The notes under the pieces are model-generated. The model ran no database searches, was not told the origin of the DNA, and saw nothing but the letters and a program-made list of their open reading frames with translations. Below, in pieces: positions 10,408-18,614 of a stretch of 64,000 bases of DNA (the stretch's first letter is position 1; each line of letters starts with the position of its first letter). The DNA comes from an uncultured Gemmatimonadales bacterium (GTDB lineage Bacteria > Gemmatimonadota > Gemmatimonadetes > Gemmatimonadales > Gemmatimonadaceae), in NCBI GenBank assembly GCA_963701965.1, contig OY969695.1:3584001-3648000 (forward strand). Reading direction: 5' to 3'. A program made the translations under genes and the position numbers.

Positions 10408-11547
10408 GTGCGTCGTGGCGTCTCGTATTGCAGTCGCAGTCTTCTCGTGCTAGTCGTCGCCTGTAGCGACGACTCACCAATCATGCCGCACGCGAACAAC
10501 GTCTCGACCGTACTGGTGTCGGGGCGACACGCTGTCGCGTTGTCGGCGGGTCAAATGCACACCTGCGCGCTGCACTCAGGTCTTGTCGTGTGTTGGGGAT
10601 CGACCATTCGCGGCGCCACGGGTCAGGGTCCGCCGGCCGCCATCGGCAGCATTGCCGCGGGAACGGAATTCACCTGCGGGATCGCGGGAACGACGACGTA
10701 TTGCTGGGGAGACGATGCGCGCGGGGAGTTGGGTGACCGCACGGTCATCACTGGCGCGACGCCGCGCGTGGTGAGCGGCGGCATCGCGTTCACCAATGTC
10801 GCCGCGGGCAACGGCTTCGCGTGCGGACTCGACGGCGGCGGGCGCGCGTACTGTTGGGGCGCGAACAGCCTCGGACAACTGGGCGATCGCTCGGTGCGCG
10901 ACCGACTCGCGCCGTCCACCAACACGCCGTTGCCGGGCGCGCCGCGCTTTGCGTCGATCGCGGCGGGTGCGTTTCACGCGTGCGCGTTGACGGCGGCTGG
11001 CGTCGCCTATTGCTGGGGCGGCAACGCCGACGGGGCGCTGGGCCGGGGGAATACCACATCGTCGGCCGACCCAATGCCGGTCGTGGCGTCGTCGATGTTC
11101 GCCTCACTGGCCTTGGGCAATGGATTCACCTGCGGGATCACCGCGCAGGGCCAGGTGCAGTGCTGGGGCGCGAACCACGTGGGCGCGCTGGGCGACGGGA
11201 GCACGCACAATCGCAGCACGCCGTCGCCGATCGCGGCGGGCGCCGAACGCTTCGCCGCGGTCGCCGCGGGTGCCTACCACGCGTGCGCGCTGACAGCGGC
11301 CGGAGCCGTGTACTGTTGGGGTGACAACAGCCGCGGACAGATCGGCAACGGGACTCGCATCGACGCGCCGACACCGACGCGGGTCGCCGCGCCCGCGCCG
11401 TTCATCGCCATCTCGGCCGGGTTCGCGCACACCTGCGCGCTCACCGGCGACAGCACGGTCTACTGTTGGGGCGACAACACGCTCGGACAGGTCGGCGGCA
11501 CGGGCGCCGCACCGCGCCCGACGCCAACGGCGGTTTCCCTGCCATGA
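10408..11547 (+). CDS. RCC1/BLIP-II repeat beta-propeller lipoprotein
   Basis: Lipobox-like 'VVAC'; about 7 repeats of 'AG..HxCAL...G.VYCWG.N..GQLG'. Confidence 0.9.
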   Translation: MRRGVSYCSRSLLVLVVACSDDSPIMPHANNVSTVLVSGRHAVALSAGQMHTCALHSGLVVCWGSTIRGATGQGPPAAIGSIAAGTEFTCGIAGTTTYCWGDDARGELGDRTVITGATPRVVSGGIAFTNVAAGNGFACGLDGGGRAYCWGANSLGQLGDRSVRDRLAPSTNTPLPGAPRFASIAAGAFHACALTAAGVAYCWGGNADGALGRGNTTSSADPMPVVASSMFASLALGNGFTCGITAQGQVQCWGANHVGALGDGSTHNRSTPSPIAAGAERFAAVAAGAYHACALTAAGAVYCWGDNSRGQIGNGTRIDAPTPTRVAAPAPFIAISAGFAHTCALTGDSTVYCWGDNTLGQVGGTGAAPRPTPTAVSLP

Positions 11548-13259
11548 TCCTCCCCATGATCACCCGACGACACGTGACCTTCGTAGGATTGGCCGCCCTG
11601 ACGCCGTGGCTCACCAGCGGCATGAGCGATCCGACGCTCATCACGCTGGCCTATTCGTGCGCCAACACCTTTCGCGTGCGGAACGCCAACGCGACCGTCG
11701 CCACGCTCACCTACACGGTCTACCGGACGAGCGAGACGGGGACGCTCGCGCTCCCGGCACAGCCACCGGGATTTCCGTATAGCGAGACGTACCTGTCGAC
11801 GCAGAACCGTGGCACGCTTCAGCTCACGCTTGCCGGGAAACTGATCGCGACGCAGCCCAACGGCGGCTCAGCCTGCGCCGCGGTGACGACGACCGGCGCC
11901 TGGACGTCGCTCATTCCCTGGCCGGTCGTCGCCATTCACGTGGCGCTTTTGCCGACGGGAAAGGTGCTGAGCTGGGGCCGCATGGATTTCTCGCCGCCCG
12001 GATATCCCGTCGTGTGGGACCCGGCCGCTGATCCGGGCGCGACCAAGCCGCAAACCCAGTATCCGGTAGCGGGCAACCCGTTCTGCGGTGGGGCGGCGAT
12101 GACGGCGGACGGGCGCGTTCTCGTCGCCGGCGGACATTTCAACAACAATTCGGGCCGGCCTTCGGCGATCACGTTCTCCACCGTGACCAACACGTGGACG
12201 ACGCTCCCCCCAATGGCGGTGGGCCGCTGGTATCCGACGGTGACCGCACTCGCCAACGGAGAGATGCTCGTCGAATCCGGCACCGACTCGCTCCTGCAAA
12301 ACGACTCGACGCCCGAGGTGCTGCAGACCAGCAATACCTGGCGATCGTTGACCCGCATCAAGCGATGGCCGCAATACTATCCGTGGAACTTCGTGGCGCC
12401 CAACGGCCTCGTGTTCTCCGCGGGCCAGACCGACACCACCCAGTACATCACGACGAGCGGGACCGGGGCCCTCGGCCCGGTCATTGCCCACGCGTTCCCG
12501 GTGCTCCGGGACTACGGATCGGCGGTCATGTACGCGCCCGGCAAGATCGTGGTCATGGGCGGCGGGTACACGGAGCGCACCGCGGAAGTGATCGACCTCA
12601 ATCAGGCGGCCCCGCAATGGAAATCGACGGGATGGATGGTGCATCCGCGGCGCCAGATGAACGCCACCATCCAGGCCGATGGGCAGGTGCTCGTCACCGG
12701 CGGCGGGGCGGGCGACTTCCGCGGCAGTCAGAATCCGGTTCTGATCCCCGAGACGTGGAATCCCAATACAGGCCACTGGACCTCCATGGCGCCGATGCAC
12801 GTCGCCCGCCTCTATCATTCCACGGCGCTCCTCCTGCCTGATGGCCGCATCCTGTCGGCCGGCAGCGGTCAACCGGCGGCGACCGGGCAGCAGGATCAAC
12901 GCAACGCCGAGCTCTTCTCGCCGCCCTATCTCTTCAACCCCGACGGCACCCCGGCCACAGCGTCGCGGCCGATCGTCACGTCGGTGCCCGCCACCGTCGG
13001 CTACGGGCAGACGTTCGCCGTCTCCACCCAGAACGTCATCGCCGCCCGGGTGCTGTGGATCCGGCTCGGCGTCACGACCCACTCATTCAACGAGAATCAG
13101 CGACTCAACAACCTGGCGTTCACCCAGAGTGGAAACGGCCCGCAGCTCGCGGTCACGGCGCCAGCCAGCGCCAACCTGGCGCCGCCGGGCCATTACCTGT
13201 TGTTCGTGCTCAACGCGCGGGGGGTGCCGTCGGTCGGCAAAATCGTGCGCATTCGCTAG
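11544..13259 (+). CDS. Secreted galactose/glyoxal oxidase-like copper radical oxidase (Kelch propeller + DUF1929)
   Basis: Catalytic-type motifs 'PFCGG', 'RWYPT', 'RLYHS', 'TTHS', C-terminal 'APPGHYLLF..GVPS'; ATG 11544 overlaps upstream TGA. Confidence 0.88.
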   Translation: MILPMITRRHVTFVGLAALTPWLTSGMSDPTLITLAYSCANTFRVRNANATVATLTYTVYRTSETGTLALPAQPPGFPYSETYLSTQNRGTLQLTLAGKLIATQPNGGSACAAVTTTGAWTSLIPWPVVAIHVALLPTGKVLSWGRMDFSPPGYPVVWDPAADPGATKPQTQYPVAGNPFCGGAAMTADGRVLVAGGHFNNNSGRPSAITFSTVTNTWTTLPPMAVGRWYPTVTALANGEMLVESGTDSLLQNDSTPEVLQTSNTWRSLTRIKRWPQYYPWNFVAPNGLVFSAGQTDTTQYITTSGTGALGPVIAHAFPVLRDYGSAVMYAPGKIVVMGGGYTERTAEVIDLNQAAPQWKSTGWMVHPRRQMNATIQADGQVLVTGGGAGDFRGSQNPVLIPETWNPNTGHWTSMAPMHVARLYHSTALLLPDGRILSAGSGQPAATGQQDQRNAELFSPPYLFNPDGTPATASRPIVTSVPATVGYGQTFAVSTQNVIAARVLWIRLGVTTHSFNENQRLNNLAFTQSGNGPQLAVTAPASANLAPPGHYLLFVLNARGVPSVGKIVRIR

Positions 13260-14161
13260 GCCGCGTAGATACTCCCTTCGCCTACCAGGACCGACTGGCC
13301 CCCGACGCGCACTCCGGTGACCGCGCCGCTGGGCGCCGCATCGACTTCGATCTCGATCGCGCCGGGGCGACCCATGTCGGCGCCTTGCTCGATGGTGAAG
13401 CGCCCGGTGGTGCCCGGCGCCACGCGTTCGTGCCAGGCCAGATACCCCGCGAGACAGGCGGCCGCGCCGCCGGTCGCCGGATCCTCCGTGATGCCGGAAG
13501 CCGGCGCGAACATGCGGGCGTGGAGTCGCGTCGCGTCTTCCGCATCATCCGTGAACAGGTACGTCTCGGTCACGGAGCCCAGCGGCCTCGCCCGCCGCAG
13601 CGCGTCGCGCGACCGGACCGGTACGAGCAGAAACGGCACGCCACACGAGATGTACTGCAGGGCGTCACGGCCGGAGACCAGGTCCTCGGGGTCGAGCGAG
13701 AGTAGCGCCGCGACGTCCGTCGCCCGTGGCGCGGGCGCGGCAATGGTCGGGAGCTGGGCGACGGACAACTGCGTGAACTCGGGCACGGTGCCCCGCGAGC
13801 GGATCAGCACCGGGACAGCGCCGACGCCTTCCTCGAACACGATGCGGGACTCCGACGACGAGAGCGTCAGCTCCCCGAGGGCGGCCAGCACGAACGCGGT
13901 GCCGACGGTCGGATGCCCGGCGAACGGCAGTTCCTTGAATGGCGTGAAGATGTACAAGCGCCGCGTGTGCGCCGGGTCGGCGGCCGGCAGCACGAACACC
14001 GTCTCCGACAAGTTCAGCTCACGGGCGATCGCCGCCATTTGCGCCGTCGTCAGGCCGCGCGCATCGGGAAATACGGCCAGCGGGTTCCCACCGAACCGCC
14101 GGTCGGTGAACACATCGGCGGTCACATAGCGATACCGCGGCGCGCCCGCGGACGCGTTCAC
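13256..14161 (-). CDS. PhzF family (DAP-epimerase fold) isomerase
   Basis: 'DVFT...GGNPLAV', 'LSETVFV', 'ELPFAGHPTVG', 'EDPATG', 'EQG..MGRP'; GTG overlaps pruA stop. Confidence 0.92.
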   Translation of the reverse strand: MNASAGAPRYRYVTADVFTDRRFGGNPLAVFPDARGLTTAQMAAIARELNLSETVFVLPAADPAHTRRLYIFTPFKELPFAGHPTVGTAFVLAALGELTLSSSESRIVFEEGVGAVPVLIRSRGTVPEFTQLSVAQLPTIAAPAPRATDVAALLSLDPEDLVSGRDALQYISCGVPFLLVPVRSRDALRRARPLGSVTETYLFTDDAEDATRLHARMFAPASGITEDPATGGAAACLAGYLAWHERVAPGTTGRFTIEQGADMGRPGAIEIEVDAAPSGAVTGVRVGGQSVLVGEGSIYAA

Positions 14162-15783
14162 GGCTCGGCCATGAACGGGTACCGCCAATCCGTCGGCGAG
14201 ACGAGCGTCTCCTTGATGGCCCGCGCGCTCACCCATCGCGTGAGATTGAGCTTCGAGCCCGCCTTGTCGTTCGTGCCCGAGGCCCGGCTTCCGCCGAACG
14301 GTTGCTGGCCGACGACGGCGCCCGTCGGCTTGTCGTTGATGTAGAAATTCCCCGCGGTCTGGCGGAGCGCGGCGGCGGCCTCGCGGATGGCGGCCCGGTC
14401 GCGCGCGAAGACGGCGCCCGTGAGCCCGTACGCCGACGTCCGGTCGATCAGCGTCAACGTCTCCCGCCACCGCGCATCGGGATAGGGGTGGACCGTCACC
14501 ACGGGTCCAAAGATCTCCTCGCAGAGGAGGCGATAGCCCGGATCAGCGGTCTCGACCAATGTCGGCTCGATGAACCATCCGTGCTCGCCGTGGGCGCCGC
14601 CGCCGTGGACGATGGTGGCGTTGGCCTTGGCGTCGGCGATGTATCCGCTGATCTTGGCAAAGGCACGTTTGTCGATCACCGCGCCCATGAAGTTCCGGAA
14701 GTCGGTGACATCCCCCATCCGGATCTCCTGCATGATCGCGACCGTGCGTTCTTTCACATCCGGCCAGAGGGACGTGGGCACGTACACCCGACTGGGCGCC
14801 GAGCACTTCTGCCCTTGATATTCGAACCCACCGCGGGCGATCGCGACCGCCAGCGCCTGCGGATCCGCCGAGGCGTGCGCCACGATGAAGTCTTTCCCGC
14901 CCGTCTCGCCGACGATCCGCGGGTACGACCGATAGCGCGCGCTCGCCGAGTGGGCGCCGATCGTGTTCCACATGCTGTTGAACACCGACGTGCTGCCGGT
15001 GAAATGCACGCCGGCCAGGTCGCGGGAGCCCAGCAGCACTTCCGAGATCATGACCGGATCGCCCGGGACGAAGTTGATGACGCCCGGCGGCAGGCCGGCC
15101 GCTTCCAGCACGCGCAGCACGGACCACGCCGAGAGCATGGCGTTCTGCGCCGGTTTCCACACGACCGTGTTCCCCATGAGCGCGGGCGCGGTCGGCAGGT
15201 TGCCGGCGATCGACGTGAAGTTGAACGGCGTGGCGGCGTAGACGAACCCCTCGAGCGACCGGTAGTCGAGCTGGTTCCACATCGTGCGGTCGCTCAGCGG
15301 TTGCTCGGCGTACAGCGATTCCGCGTAGAACGGATTGAAACGCCAGAAGTCGATCAGCTCGGCGGCCGCGTCGATTTCGGCTTGGAACGCCGTCTTCGAC
15401 TGCCCCAGCATGGTCGCCGCGTTGACCGCCGCGCGGTGGGTCGTCGCCAGGAGCTCCGCCGCCTTGAGAAACACGGCGGCGCGGTCCTCCTGGGGCCACG
15501 CGGACCACTCGTGCCACGCCGCGCCGGCGGCGCCAATCGCGTGCTCGACGTCCTGGCGGCGCGCGAGATGCCAATCGGCGAGGATATGGCGGTGGTCATG
15601 GGGCATGACCGCCTGCGCCAGCTCGCCGGTGCGAATCTCCTTTCCGCCGATCACCAGCGGGATGTCCAGGCGCTCGCCGGCCACCGCGGCGAGCCGCTGC
15701 TTGAGCTCTACTCGTTCCGGCGAGCCCGGAGCATAACTCTTGACAGGCTCATTTATCGGGCGCGGGACCGCAGATTGAGGCAT
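14158..15783 (-). CDS. pruA: L-glutamate gamma-semialdehyde (P5C) dehydrogenase
   Basis: 'PFNFTSI', 'HFTGST', 'GETGGKDF', 'FEYQGQKCSA', 'QQPFGGSRASGTNDKAG'. Confidence 0.95.
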   Translation of the reverse strand: MPQSAVPRPINEPVKSYAPGSPERVELKQRLAAVAGERLDIPLVIGGKEIRTGELAQAVMPHDHRHILADWHLARRQDVEHAIGAAGAAWHEWSAWPQEDRAAVFLKAAELLATTHRAAVNAATMLGQSKTAFQAEIDAAAELIDFWRFNPFYAESLYAEQPLSDRTMWNQLDYRSLEGFVYAATPFNFTSIAGNLPTAPALMGNTVVWKPAQNAMLSAWSVLRVLEAAGLPPGVINFVPGDPVMISEVLLGSRDLAGVHFTGSTSVFNSMWNTIGAHSASARYRSYPRIVGETGGKDFIVAHASADPQALAVAIARGGFEYQGQKCSAPSRVYVPTSLWPDVKERTVAIMQEIRMGDVTDFRNFMGAVIDKRAFAKISGYIADAKANATIVHGGGAHGEHGWFIEPTLVETADPGYRLLCEEIFGPVVTVHPYPDARWRETLTLIDRTSAYGLTGAVFARDRAAIREAAAALRQTAGNFYINDKPTGAVVGQQPFGGSRASGTNDKAGSKLNLTRWVSARAIKETLVSPTDWRYPFMAEP

Positions 15784-15811
15784 AATGCTTGAAGGTAGAC
15801 GGAGGAGTCGG

Positions 15812-16651
15812 GTGGGCAAAGTTACGACATGGGTCGTCGCGGTCGCGTCGCTCGTCGTGTCGCTCGTGGCATGCGAGCGCCCGCCCGTCGTGTGGGATGG
15901 GCCGCCGATGCCAGCGGCGAGCGCGCTGGCACCTGGCGTGGCGATCGTTCCCGAGTCGGCCGGGCGTCCGCCTCAGATTGTCACGGCTGCGCCCCACGGA
16001 AGCCCGAAGCGCGAGCGGCGGCAATGCACGGTGACGATGCGATTCGCCAACGGGCCGGGCCGTGTCGTATATGCTGCATGGTGGACGGCGCGCCAGGATT
16101 CGAGCGGCATGCTCCGCATCGCGCGCTCCGCGGATGGCGGCACACACTGGGCCGCCGCGGTTACCGCGGAGGAGCGCGATCGCTCCGTGCGCGGGTGTTC
16201 CCGGCCGGCGCCCGCGATCGCGGTGGATCCCGACAGCGGGTACGTGCATCTCGCCTATTACCTGGAGACCCTCGACGGGTCGGGCATCTTCTACCGCCAC
16301 TACATGCAGGGAATGTTTCACGCGCCCGTGGTGATCGTCTACGGCGAAAGGCCGGTGGCGGCCGCCATCGCCGCGGTGGGAGACACGGTCGTGGTCGCCT
16401 ATGAAGATCCCACCCGCCGGACGCCGCAGATCGTGTTGGCCCTCTCCAACACCGCGGGACACTTGTTCGAGACGCGCGTTCCGGCGTCGGGGGATGAAGT
16501 CGACGCGCGCGCGCCGGTCGTGGGGTTGGCGCCCGGGCGTATCGCGGTGGGGTGGGCGCAGACCGGAGTCGGGCGGGAGGACGACGAGAATCAGGCGGCG
16601 GCCGCCGCCGCCGACATGGTGCGCGAGGGAACAATGACGGGGCACCGATGA
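15812..16651 (+). CDS. Hypothetical lipoprotein with BNR/Asp-box motif (sialidase-like fold)
   Basis: Lipobox 'LVAC'; 'RSADGGTHW' Asp-box; GGAGG before GTG 15812. Confidence 0.7.
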   Translation: MGKVTTWVVAVASLVVSLVACERPPVVWDGPPMPAASALAPGVAIVPESAGRPPQIVTAAPHGSPKRERRQCTVTMRFANGPGRVVYAAWWTARQDSSGMLRIARSADGGTHWAAAVTAEERDRSVRGCSRPAPAIAVDPDSGYVHLAYYLETLDGSGIFYRHYMQGMFHAPVVIVYGERPVAAAIAAVGDTVVVAYEDPTRRTPQIVLALSNTAGHLFETRVPASGDEVDARAPVVGLAPGRIAVGWAQTGVGREDDENQAAAAAADMVREGTMTGHR

Positions 16652-17325
16652 AGATCCTGGTGGCGGACGACGACGAAGACATGCGTGCCCTCATCGAGGT
16701 GGTCCTGGCCAGCGCGGGACACGACGTGGCCTGCGCCGGAGACGGCCTCGAGGCGTGGGCGGCGTTCGAGCAGGCGCCCCCGGAGCTGGTCGTCCTCGAC
16801 TGGCAAATGCCCGGGCTTTCCGGCGTGGAGCTGTGCGAGCGGATTCGCCAAACGGACGCCGGCCGGCACGTGTTCATCCTCATGGCCACCGCCCGCGGGG
16901 CGACGGACGACCTGCAACGCGTACTGGCCGCGGGCGCCGACGACTATCTCTCGAAACCGTTGACGGCCGAAGCGCTCAGTACGCGGATCGTGATCGCCGA
17001 GCGGCGGATGGCCGGCGACCGCGCGCGGCGCCAGGCCGAGGACGCGCTCAAGCGGGCGCAGTGGCTGGCCGGGATCGGCGAGACGGCGATCGCCATTCAG
17101 CACGAAGTGAACAACCCGCTCACGGCCCTCCTGGGGAACCTGGCCCTTCTCGAGGACGCTACGCTGACGCCCGCCGAGCGGGCCGAGTGCGTGGTGACGA
17201 TCACCGAGCAGGCCACGCGCATCAGCGCGGTCGTCCGTCGGCTGTCCACCCTGCGCGATCCGCGCTCCGTCGAGTACATCAGGGGCTCGCGGATGATCGA
17301 TTTGTCAGAGCCGAAAAAGTCGTAG
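16648..17325 (+). CDS. Response regulator: receiver plus HisKA dimerisation domain, no ATPase domain
   Basis: 'ILVADDD', 'LDWQMP', 'SKP'; C-terminal 'IQHEVNNPLTALLG'. Confidence 0.85.
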   Translation: MKILVADDDEDMRALIEVVLASAGHDVACAGDGLEAWAAFEQAPPELVVLDWQMPGLSGVELCERIRQTDAGRHVFILMATARGATDDLQRVLAAGADDYLSKPLTAEALSTRIVIAERRMAGDRARRQAEDALKRAQWLAGIGETAIAIQHEVNNPLTALLGNLALLEDATLTPAERAECVVTITEQATRISAVVRRLSTLRDPRSVEYIRGSRMIDLSEPKKS

Positions 17326-17430
17326 GGAGCGCATTCTCCCTCGTGCTCTCTTGCGTCTGTCGAGGGGCAATGTACTTTGCAGCCGCAACACCGCTGCACT
17401 CGTCGCCTCACCTCTCCGGAGACACACGCG

Positions 17431-17787
17431 ATGGCAATAGCCAAGAAAAAAGGTGCGAAGAAGGCCGCGAAGCGGAAGGTCGCCAAGCGTCCTGCCGCGA
17501 AAAAGAAGACAGCTAAAAAGGCGTCGAAGCGGAAGCCGAACGCGGCATTCATGAAGCCAATGCAGCCGAGCGCTCAGCTCTCGGTCGTGGTCGGCAGCGC
17601 GCCGCTTCCCCGCACCGAAGTCACCAAGAAGCTGTGGGCCTACATCAAGCGGAAGGGCCTGCAGGATGCGAAGGAGCGGCGCATGATCAACGCCGACGAC
17701 GCCTTGAAGCCGATCTTCAACGGCAAGGGCAAGGTGTCGATGTTCGACATGACGAAACTGGTCAACAAGCATCTCAAGGACGCGTGA
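17431..17787 (+). CDS. SWIB/MDM2-domain protein with Lys/Ala-rich histone H1-like N-terminus
   Basis: 'PRTEVTKKLWAYIK..GLQD..RRMINADDALK..VSMFDMTKLVNKHL'; GGAG upstream of ATG 17431. Confidence 0.92.
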   Translation: MAIAKKKGAKKAAKRKVAKRPAAKKKTAKKASKRKPNAAFMKPMQPSAQLSVVVGSAPLPRTEVTKKLWAYIKRKGLQDAKERRMINADDALKPIFNGKGKVSMFDMTKLVNKHLKDA

Positions 17788-18562
17788 TCGGGGGCGGGGA
17801 GAGGGCGCGAGCGACCAAACGCCCCCCCCGCGGCCCGCGCGGGAGAACGCCAAGAGCCTGATTGTTGCGGTGGCGATTTTCTTCGCCATCAGGCTCTTCG
17901 TCGTGGAAGCGTATCGGATCCCCTCCGGGAGCATGATTCCGACGCTCCTCGTCGGCGATTGGCTGTTCGTGAACAAGCTGGTGTACGGTCCGCACATTCC
18001 GTTCACCAACATCGTCTTGCCGGGGTACGCCAACCCGCACCATGGCGACGTGGTTGTGTTCGAGTCTCCGCTGCAGACCGACGCGGTTCCCGGTGAGGAC
18101 CCGCGGCCCACGCTGGTGAAGCGTCTGGTGGGCGAGCCCGGGGATACGCTGTTCATGCGGCATGGGACGCTGTACGTCAATGGCGTTCCCAAGCCGCAGG
18201 GCCCCGGGTTCAACGCCTACGACCCCAGCGACGCCGAGCACCAGTCGCCGCCCGACGACATCGCGCCCCAGTTCGATTGGCAAAAACGGGTCGGGCTCGC
18301 AATGTCGCGATTTGGCCCCGCGCCGCCGCAACCCACGCACGACAACTGGGGACCGTTCGTCGTGCCGCCGCGGCACTATTTCATGATGGGCGACAACCGC
18401 TACAGCTCGAAGGACAGCCGCTACTGGGGATTCGTCCCCCGGGAGAACGTCCGCGGCCAGCCCATGTTCGTCTACTACTCGTACGATCCGGAAGCCGGCC
18501 TCGAGTACTTTCGGGCGCTGACGGAGATTCGCTGGAGCCGGATCGGACACTGGGTGCGGTAG
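17784..18562 (+). CDS. lepB: Signal peptidase I; 5' end uncertain, probable frameshift in G/C homopolymers at 17790-17842
   Basis: 'IPSGSMIPTL..GD', 'LVKRLVGEPGD', 'MMGDNRYSSKDSRYWGFVP'; ORF track starts at 17870 inside the TM helix. Confidence 0.9.
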
Positions 18563-18614
18563 CGTCGAGTTCCGGTGACGTGGCCGACATGACGCATCGG
18601 GCGTCCTAGGGTCA

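Noticed and set aside
10540..11500. Recurrent 'tgctggggc/tgttggggc' DNA motifs about 150 bp apart, considered as CRISPR or tandem repeat
   Set aside because: These are codons of the RCC1 'CWG' protein repeats; no constant repeat-spacer structure and no cas genes
13256..14161. Phenazine biosynthesis cluster
   Set aside because: A lone PhzF homologue with no phzA/B/D/E/G; the family is widespread
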